Assembly (NCBI GenBank): GCA_963713975.1
Contig: OY970218.1
Span: 288,001-352,000, forward strand
DNA length: 64,000 nt
Direction: 5' to 3'
DNA from: an uncultured Chloroflexia bacterium
GTDB taxonomy: Bacteria; Chloroflexota; Limnocylindria; Limnocylindrales; CSP1-4
Shown: positions 57,218-64,000 of the stretch, in pieces
How positions within the stretch are numbered: position 1 is the stretch's first letter
How the letters are laid out: every line of letters begins with the position of its first letter
The notes under the pieces: model-generated
The model's input: only the letters and a program-made list of their open reading frames with translations
What the model was told of the DNA's origin: nothing
Databases searched by the model: none
Translations under genes and position numbers: made by a program

Positions 57218-58408
57218 TCAGATGAGGAAGCGCGCGACCGGCCGCGGATCACGCAGCGCCGGACGGTCGATCCGGAACGCACCGAGCTCGCCCGCCGAGG
57301 GTGTCTCGCCATCTACGGCCAGCTCCGTCGCGATCCGTCCGAGCACCGACGCGAACTTGTAGGCGTGCGCCGATCCGAGCACCACGTGCACCAGCGGGTG
57401 TCCGGGCACGGCGTCGACCACGAAGTCGCGGTCCGGCGTCATCGTGTAAAGGCAGGTCTTGGTCAGGAATGGGTCGCCGGCCATGTCCGGGAGGTGCGCC
57501 TCCAGGAACGCGGCGGTGCGCGAGAACGCCACCTCGTCGCGGTCGAAGGTCCGCGTTGCCGGCGTCACCTGAGGACCGCCCACGTCCTGTCCGATCTTCG
57601 GGCCCGGGTGACCGTGCGCCGGGAAGCCGTAGAACGACGGCTCGTCCATCCAGATCCAGACGGGGAACCGCTCCGGGGAGAAGAGCTCGGGATCGGCGCG
57701 TGGGGTGAACCAGGTGACCTGCTCCTGGGTGACCGTCAGCGGCAGGGCGAGGCCCAGGGGCGACAGCAGGTCGTTCGTCCAGGCATCCGTGGCCAGGATC
57801 ACGCGGCCGGCCCGCACGCGCTCGCCCGACTCGAGCCCCAGGACGACCTCGCCGCCCGCATCCTCCAGGCGCGCCACCGGCGCGTGCTCGCGCAGCACGG
57901 CACCGTGCTCCAGCGCCAGGCGCCGGTGGGCCGCGTTGCCGCGGGACGGATCCGCGATCCCTGTGTCGGCCTGGTACAGCCCGGCGTGGTCGTCGTCGAG
58001 CCGCCACGCGGGCCAGCGGCGCATGATCTCCGCCGCGTCCAGGCGCTCGAAGGGCACCCCCTCGGCGGCCATCGCGGTCGCGTAGACCTCGATGTCGACG
58101 TCCCCGCCCCCGGCCGGACGACGCGGGCCCACGTCGAGACCGCCCGTGCGGAAGACCACCTGCGTCCCGCTCTCGCGCTCCAGGTGCCCCCAGCCGTCGT
58201 AGGCCCGTGCCGTCAACCGGACGTAGTCGCGCCGGTGGTAGCTGCGCCGGATGATCCGGCTGACGTCCTCGGACGCGCCGTAAGGGTGCCCGATCTCGAA
58301 CCGCTCGAGGGCCAGCACCCGCAACCCGGGGCGCTGCGAGAGCCAGTACGCGGCAGCCGAGCCCAGCCCGCCCAAGCCCACGACCGCGACGTCGAACTCC
58401 CGGGTCAT
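57218..58408 (-). CDS. solA: Monomeric sarcosine oxidase / N-methyltryptophan oxidase-like flavoprotein
   Basis: VVGLGGLGSA, SRIIRR, TCLYTMTPDRDF, HAYKFAS. Confidence 0.88.
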   Translation of the reverse strand: MTREFDVAVVGLGGLGSAAAYWLSQRPGLRVLALERFEIGHPYGASEDVSRIIRRSYHRRDYVRLTARAYDGWGHLERESGTQVVFRTGGLDVGPRRPAGGGDVDIEVYATAMAAEGVPFERLDAAEIMRRWPAWRLDDDHAGLYQADTGIADPSRGNAAHRRLALEHGAVLREHAPVARLEDAGGEVVLGLESGERVRAGRVILATDAWTNDLLSPLGLALPLTVTQEQVTWFTPRADPELFSPERFPVWIWMDEPSFYGFPAHGHPGPKIGQDVGGPQVTPATRTFDRDEVAFSRTAAFLEAHLPDMAGDPFLTKTCLYTMTPDRDFVVDAVPGHPLVHVVLGSAHAYKFASVLGRIATELAVDGETPSAGELGAFRIDRPALRDPRPVARFLI

Positions 58409-59637
58409 GCTCCGGGTCCGGCGTCGAGGTCCACGGCCACGGCGGCCTCACCGATCCGCTGCGCGAGGTACCGGCGGATGTCCAGGCTCATGTCCTCCAT
58501 GGGCGCGTACCAGCCGAACCGGAAACGCCTCGAGGTCATCCCGTCCTGGACGCTCTCGCAGACGACCCAGTCCTGGCGGTTGACGAGATCCCAGAACTCC
58601 ACAGCGTCCGACGGGTCGAACGTGTCCTTCGCCATCTCCTCCGGGTGGAACAGGAAGTCCACCATGACCAGCGTCCGATCGGGGGCCCGGGGCAGGAGGG
58701 TGAACGCCGCGACGTGATCGGCGGACAGGCTGATCATGAGGTTGGGGTACACGAGCTCGCCCTTGTGGCGCACCCGCTCGTCCGGGTGGAGCCCCGGGAA
58801 CGGAGCACGGTCGGTGGTGCCCGTCAGGGTGAACGTGAAGGTGCCCTCGGCCTGGGGCACGCCCGCGTCCCAGTCCAGGTTCGCGCCACCGCGCTCCTTG
58901 AACGCGGGCACGATCCGGCACAGCTCGGGGTGCACGCCGCCGCAGTGATAGCACTCGTTGTAGTTCTCGACGATGACCTTCCAGTTCGCCCTGACCTCGT
59001 AGACGATCCGCCTGGCGACGCGCAGGTCCGCGAGCGGGTAGCGGGCGATCCGGCCAGGACCGTCGCCGAGCTGCGCCGCCAGGGTCTCGCCGCTCCCCTC
59101 GGGGGTGCCGCCATCAGCCGCGGCAGGCGCGAGGCTCACGAAGATCCAGCCGCCCCAGGTGTCGACGGCAACACCGTGAAGCCCGAAGTCGGCCGGGTCG
59201 AAGCTGTCCGCCTCCCCCAGGAACGGGGCGTTGCGGACGCGTCCGTCGAGCTCGTAGCACCAGGAGTGATATGGGCAGCGGATGACGCCGCGGAAGGTGC
59301 CGGACGGGCCCGGCGTGTCGCAGGTCGCGGGCTCCGGGCGCTGGTCCGCGCTGGTCAGGCGGGCGCCCCGATGCCGGCACAGGTCGTAATGGGCACGCAG
59401 CGCGCCCGCGCGGTCGCGGACAACGATGATCCGTTCGCCGGCGATGTCGAGGGCCAGGAAGTCCCCGGCGGACACGAGCTGCTCCTCGCGGCCGACGGCC
59501 ACCCACTCGTTCCACCACACGCGCTCGCGCTCGAGATCCAGAAACCCGTCGTCGACGTACGAGGCGCGCGGAAGGCTGGCCTCGAACGCGGCGCGAGCCA
59601 TGCGGCGCTGCGCTGGGTCGGGAGGGACAATGGGCAC
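58405..59637 (-). CDS. Rieske non-heme iron oxygenase alpha subunit (GbcA/Stc2/CntA-like)
   Basis: CRHRG...CPYHSW Rieske motif; NWK, ENYNECYHC..VHP, QDWVVCESVQ. Confidence 0.9.
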   Translation of the reverse strand: MPIVPPDPAQRRMARAAFEASLPRASYVDDGFLDLERERVWWNEWVAVGREEQLVSAGDFLALDIAGERIIVVRDRAGALRAHYDLCRHRGARLTSADQRPEPATCDTPGPSGTFRGVIRCPYHSWCYELDGRVRNAPFLGEADSFDPADFGLHGVAVDTWGGWIFVSLAPAAADGGTPEGSGETLAAQLGDGPGRIARYPLADLRVARRIVYEVRANWKVIVENYNECYHCGGVHPELCRIVPAFKERGGANLDWDAGVPQAEGTFTFTLTGTTDRAPFPGLHPDERVRHKGELVYPNLMISLSADHVAAFTLLPRAPDRTLVMVDFLFHPEEMAKDTFDPSDAVEFWDLVNRQDWVVCESVQDGMTSRRFRFGWYAPMEDMSLDIRRYLAQRIGEAAVAVDLDAGPGA

Positions 59638-59714
59638 GACGACAACCCTCGGGCGGGACGCTGGTCAGGTGCATCCTACGGGCTCGGGGCCCGCGCCGCC
59701 CGCCTCCTCGCCGG

Positions 59715-60293
59715 TCAGCGCCCTCCCCTCGTCGCCAGGTCCAGGGCATAGCGCGTGACCCCGGCGATGGTCATCAGGTCATGGATCCCACCGGCCCCGA
59801 TCTCCGCCTGGACCTCCTCCAGCGTTGCCCAACGGTTGACCAGGTCCTCCGACGGCTCGGGAGCCGCCACTCCGGGACGCAGCCCGGTCGCGAGATAGAT
59901 CACGCCGCTCTCGTCCGTCACGGAGTTGGAGAGGGTGAAGCGGAGGAGCTCGCGAAGGTGCGAGGCAGCGAACCCGGTCTCCTCCTCGAGCTCGCGCAGG
60001 GCTCCATCCTCGGGCGACTCGCCGGGCCACGAGCCACCCTCCGGGATCTCCCAGCTGTAGCGGTCGAGCGCGTACCGGAACTGGCCGACCAGCAGGATGC
60101 GACCGTCGTCCGCCACGGGCACGACCCCGACCGCAAGGTTCCGGAAGTGGACGACGCCGTAGATCCCTGGGCTGCCGTCGGGCCGCTCCACCTCGTCGTG
60201 GTGGACCTCGATCCAGTCGTTCGCATAGGCGGTGCGGCGCGAGCGGCGGACCCAGCGGCCGACGGGGATGGATGACGCGTCCTGGTCCGGCAT
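59715..60293 (-). CDS. NUDIX hydrolase (ADP-ribose pyrophosphatase-like)
   Basis: GQFRY; Nudix box EIPEGGSWPGESPEDGALRELEEETG. Confidence 0.9.
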   Translation of the reverse strand: MPDQDASSIPVGRWVRRSRRTAYANDWIEVHHDEVERPDGSPGIYGVVHFRNLAVGVVPVADDGRILLVGQFRYALDRYSWEIPEGGSWPGESPEDGALRELEEETGFAASHLRELLRFTLSNSVTDESGVIYLATGLRPGVAAPEPSEDLVNRWATLEEVQAEIGAGGIHDLMTIAGVTRYALDLATRGGR

Positions 60294-60365
60294 GCAACAA
60301 CCGTACCGCGCATGGCGTCAGTACTGCGGCACCTGGGTACGGCCGGGCCACCCGAAGGCGATGGC

Positions 60366-61388
60366 ATGGGCGACGAGCAGGCTGGACGGTCGAGACGCTG
60401 GTGGACGGGCGTGGCATTGGGGGCCCTCGCCGTGCTCGCGACCCTCGCCTACGGGGTGGCCTCGCTCGTGGTCTGGGACGGTGTGAGCACGGCACCCGGC
60501 CGGTGCTGGCCCAAGGACCAGGCCAACACGCCGGAGGCCTGGACCATGCCCGATGGCTTCGACGACGCGATCGCCGAGTCCAACCAGATGCCGGCTCCGG
60601 ACGCGGTCCGGTTCGCCTCGCGCGATCCCGGCATGGCCGGCAGGGACCTTGTCGCGTGGTGGATTCCGGCCGCCGATGTGCATGCCCCGGCCGTGGTCCT
60701 GGTCCACGGGATCCAGTCCTGCCGGCGTGAGGCCAACGTGTTGCTGCCGGCCGGGATCCTGCACCGCTACGGGTTCTCGGTGTTCCTGATGGATCTCCGC
60801 GACCACGGCGATTCGCAGGGCGACGACGGCCGGTTCGCGGGCGGCAGCGAGGAGTACCTCGATGTCCTGGGTGGCTGGGACTGGGTCCGGGGGCAGGGCG
60901 TGCCAGAGGCAAGGATCGGCCTGATGGGCCTGTCCTTCGGGAGCGTCAGCGTGATCGTCGCGGGCGCCCAGGAGCCGGCCGTGGCGGCGGTGTGGGCGGA
61001 CTCCGCGCCGACCCGCATGGACGAGGCGATCGGCCTGTTCCTCACGGACCAGCTGAAGGACCGGACCGGCCTCTCGAAGGCCCTCGTCCCGGGAGGGATC
61101 CTGTGGGCGCGCATCCTCGCGGGCGACAACCTGACGAGGTTCAACCCGATCGAGCAGGTCGACGCCTATGGCGGGCGGGCGATCGCCTTCGTCCACGGCG
61201 CCGTGGACCCCGTCCTGCCGGCGCGGCTTGCGGTGGAGCTCCACGACCGGGCCGTGGCGGCGGGCGCCAGGACCCCCGACGCCTGGATCGTCCCCAATGC
61301 GGGCCACACCGAGGGTGTGTACGTCGATCCGGACGGCTACGCGCGGCGCCTGGTCTCGTTCTTCGGCGAGGCGCTCAGCAAGGCTTGA
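60366..61388 (+). CDS. Membrane-anchored alpha/beta hydrolase
   Basis: N-terminal TM, VLVHG, DLRDHGDS, GLSFG, VHGAVD, AGH. Confidence 0.85.
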   Translation: MGDEQAGRSRRWWTGVALGALAVLATLAYGVASLVVWDGVSTAPGRCWPKDQANTPEAWTMPDGFDDAIAESNQMPAPDAVRFASRDPGMAGRDLVAWWIPAADVHAPAVVLVHGIQSCRREANVLLPAGILHRYGFSVFLMDLRDHGDSQGDDGRFAGGSEEYLDVLGGWDWVRGQGVPEARIGLMGLSFGSVSVIVAGAQEPAVAAVWADSAPTRMDEAIGLFLTDQLKDRTGLSKALVPGGILWARILAGDNLTRFNPIEQVDAYGGRAIAFVHGAVDPVLPARLAVELHDRAVAAGARTPDAWIVPNAGHTEGVYVDPDGYARRLVSFFGEALSKA

Positions 61389-61416
61389 CGCCGGCCGATC
61401 CGCCTAGACTGAGCGG

Positions 61417-63534
61417 ATGACCCAGGACGACCACCAGCTCGCCGACGAACGCGCCACCGGTCGCCCCCGTGACGAGCAACGGTCACGGCACGTACCGGAG
61501 GTCCGGTGGGACGTCCGTGTCCCGGTCCGTGACGGCCTCGAGCTATCCGCCAACCTCTGGCTGCCGGTGCCCGCCCCCGAGGCCCCGGACGAGCGGTTCC
61601 CGGTCATCCTCGAGATGATCCCGTACGGCAAGGACAACTGGCGCCGGAACTCGGACACGGCGCGTGGCGAGTGGCTCGCTGAGCGCGGGTTCGCCCTGTG
61701 CCGGCTCGACGTCCGTGGCACGGGCTCCTCCCCCGGGATCGCCAGCGACGAGTACACCGAGGCGGAGACCCTCGACGGGTACGACGCCGTGGAGTGGCTG
61801 GCCGAGCAGCCCTGGTGCAACGGCAGCGTGGGCATGTGGGGCATCAGCTACGGCGGCTTCACCGCGATCCAGGTGGCGAAGCTCCGGCCCCCCCACCTGC
61901 GGGCGATCCTGCCGATGTACGCGACGGACGACCGCTATCGCGACGACGTCCACATCCGGGGCGGCTGCGTCACGGCCAGCGAGAAGTGCCAGTACGCCGT
62001 GAGCCAGCTGGGCATGAACGCGATGCCGCCCCACCCACCGTTCCGCGGCCAGGGCTGGCGGGAGGAGTGGCTCGCCAGGCTCGACCAGACACCACCGTGG
62101 CTCCTGAACTGGATCCGGGAGCAGACCGACGGCCCGTACTGGCGGCGCGGCTCGCTCGCCCCCGACTATGAGGCGCTCGAGTGCGCCGTCTTCCAGGTCG
62201 CGGGCTGGACGGACGCGTACCCTGACGCCGCGTTCCGGATCCAGGAGCGCTGCACCGGTGCTGCCGTTCGGACGCTCGTCGGCAACTGGGTCCATTCCTT
62301 TCCGGACGACGCCTATCCGGGCCCGAACATCGACTGGCTCCACGAGCTCGTCCGCTTCTTCGACCGCTACCTGCGGAACGTGGACAACGGCTGGGATCGC
62401 GAACCGGCGCTGGTCTGGTACGAGCGCGACTGGGCGGAGCCGGAGCCCTTCCCGGGCGCCTGGCCCGGCCGGTGGCGGTCCGCGGCGGCCTTCCCCGTGC
62501 CGGGCACGTCCCGGCGGGAGCTGTGGCTCGGACCTCGCTCGCTGGGGGCGGCGCCCGGGGCCGGCACGCTCGGGCCCGGTGCGCCCGTGGCCGCCTCGGC
62601 AGACTCGCTCCCCCACCGGGCGACGGTCGGGACGTCCGGCGCCCTGTCCTGGGGTGCCGGCTGGCAGCCCAACGGGCTGGCCCGGGACCTGCGCCCGGAC
62701 GAGCTGCGCGGCCTCACCTACACCTCAGCGCCGCTCAACGAGGCGCTCTCGGTCATCGGAGGGCCGGAGGCCATCCTCCACCTGTCGGCGTCGATGCCGG
62801 TCGCCACGTGCGTCGTCCGCCTCTCCGAGGTATCCCCGGGCGGAGTGTCGTCGCTGGTCGCCACGGGCGCGCTCAACCTGACCCACCGGCGCTCGGACAC
62901 GGACCCGGTGCCGATGCCGACCGGCGCGGGGGCCGTCGAGGAGGTCCGCGTCCCGCTCCGTGTCACGGGCTACCGGTTCAGCGCCGGCCACCGGATCCGC
63001 CTGACGGTGCTCACCTCCTACTGGCCCGTCCTCTGGCCGTCCCCGTTCCCCGGCGAGCTCCGGGTCCATCACGGCCCCGCGGCGCCATCCCGCCTGGTGC
63101 TGCCCGTCCTGGGCGACGAGGTGGCGACCCTGCCCGTCCCGCCGTTCAGGACGGAGCCGGTCGAGATGCGCGAGGTTGGCACGTACGCGGAGGATCCCCC
63201 GGAATGGCGAATCGAGGAGGACGTGCTCCGGGGCAGCGTGGCGGTCACGATCTTCGATGGCGGGGCCAGCACCCAGGAGGACGGTTCCAGCGTCTACAGC
63301 TCGGAGCGCCTGGTGCTCACGACCTCCGATGCGGACCCGGCCCATACGCGGCTGGAGAGCGATGTCGTCTACCGCTGGCGGGGGTTCGGGTCCGAGGCCG
63401 ACATCCGCGCGCGCGGGACGATCGCCTCGGATGACGCCGCGTTCGACGTGCGAGTCGCGCTCGAGGTGCGCCTCGACGGGGAGGCCTTCTTCGCCCGTGA
63501 GTGGCGGGAGCGGATCCCGCGGAACCTGGTCTGA
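61417..63534 (+). CDS. CocE/NonD family hydrolase (peptidase S15-like)
   Basis: VRDGLELSANLW, PYGKD, DVRGTGSS, GMWGISYGG, GWTDAY, GNWVH, C-terminal jelly-roll. Confidence 0.9.
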   Translation: MTQDDHQLADERATGRPRDEQRSRHVPEVRWDVRVPVRDGLELSANLWLPVPAPEAPDERFPVILEMIPYGKDNWRRNSDTARGEWLAERGFALCRLDVRGTGSSPGIASDEYTEAETLDGYDAVEWLAEQPWCNGSVGMWGISYGGFTAIQVAKLRPPHLRAILPMYATDDRYRDDVHIRGGCVTASEKCQYAVSQLGMNAMPPHPPFRGQGWREEWLARLDQTPPWLLNWIREQTDGPYWRRGSLAPDYEALECAVFQVAGWTDAYPDAAFRIQERCTGAAVRTLVGNWVHSFPDDAYPGPNIDWLHELVRFFDRYLRNVDNGWDREPALVWYERDWAEPEPFPGAWPGRWRSAAAFPVPGTSRRELWLGPRSLGAAPGAGTLGPGAPVAASADSLPHRATVGTSGALSWGAGWQPNGLARDLRPDELRGLTYTSAPLNEALSVIGGPEAILHLSASMPVATCVVRLSEVSPGGVSSLVATGALNLTHRRSDTDPVPMPTGAGAVEEVRVPLRVTGYRFSAGHRIRLTVLTSYWPVLWPSPFPGELRVHHGPAAPSRLVLPVLGDEVATLPVPPFRTEPVEMREVGTYAEDPPEWRIEEDVLRGSVAVTIFDGGASTQEDGSSVYSSERLVLTTSDADPAHTRLESDVVYRWRGFGSEADIRARGTIASDDAAFDVRVALEVRLDGEAFFAREWRERIPRNLV

Positions 63535-63538
63535 CCCG

Positions 63539-64000
63539 CTACCCGAGCGTGGCCAGCGCCGCCCTGGCGACCAGTGCGGTGACGAGCGCGACCGACACGC
63601 TGGCCAGGGTGCCGAGCAGGTAGTACTCCGCGAACCCGCGATCGTCGAGCTGTCTGAACCGGGCGAGGGTCTTGGCGGCGATCACGAAGCCGACGGCTGC
63701 CTCCGCCCCGGAGAGCACGAGCGTGACGATGAGCAGCCGTTCGAGGGCCCCAATGGTCGCCCCGATGCGGGCCGGGGCGCCGCTGGGCACGGACGAGCGC
63801 AGGCGTGCGGGGGTGGCGGCTGCGGCCGCTCCCGCCACGGGGGTGGCCGCCGATGGCGTCGGTGCGACGACGCCCGGCTCCACGGTGGCGACGAGCGGAC
63901 CGACGCGCACGGTGTAGCCGGCCGGCACCGCACTGGCGGCCGGAGCCGGACCGGCGTCCGCCACGACGGGCTCCGGCATCTCGCGGGGCGACACGAGCGC
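63539..64000 (-). CDS. DUF3307-associated membrane protein (C-terminal part; starts beyond the window)
   Basis: GATIGALERLL, AAKTLARF, FAEYYLLGTLAS. Confidence 0.8.
   Translation of the reverse strand, partial: ALVSPREMPEPVVADAGPAPAASAVPAGYTVRVGPLVATVEPGVVAPTPSAATPVAGAAAAATPARLRSSVPSGAPARIGATIGALERLLIVTLVLSGAEAAVGFVIAAKTLARFRQLDDRGFAEYYLLGTLASVSVALVTALVARAALATLG

Noticed and set aside
1-64000. Mobile elements, prophage, tRNA/rRNA, CRISPR-Cas or classical defence island
   Set aside because: No transposase, integrase, phage structural, cas or structural-RNA signature seen; composition looks uniform apart from short AT-rich promoters

Overview
A densely coding, very GC-rich (roughly 70%+ by eye) bacterial chromosomal segment with about 65 genes. 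I saw no rRNA, tRNA, CRISPR array, transposase, integrase or phage genes. Gene content suggests a Chloroflexota- or Actinomycetota-like organism (inference). Main contents: three DEAD-box RNA helicases; pyruvate:ferredoxin oxidoreductase (nifJ) with a DHODH-like partner; a Rieske oxygenase / sarcosine-oxidase-like / Opp-type ABC operon; two ABC-2 exporters; two DNA glycosylases; several hydrolases and cell-envelope enzymes. Best leads: (1) GreA fused to an N-terminal, apparently degenerate GIY-YIG-like domain (41086-42303); (2) an ApbE + MsrQ-like flavinylation operon whose small membrane partners lack the canonical [ST]GA[ST] site, divergent from a two-component system, ferredoxin and FNR (17477-23223); (3) a secreted hypothetical protein with a caspase/CHAT-like His-Cys dyad (36402-37247); (4) a phosphatase-SRPBCC-HipA-kinase-DUF3037 run; (5) three consecutive genes sharing a SHOCT-like helix behind a near-consensus sigma70 promoter; (6) two small proteins not called at their likely start in the ORF track, plus several regulatory DNA/RNA motifs. 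Family assignments come from motif recognition by eye, not database searches, and many start codons were re-chosen manually.
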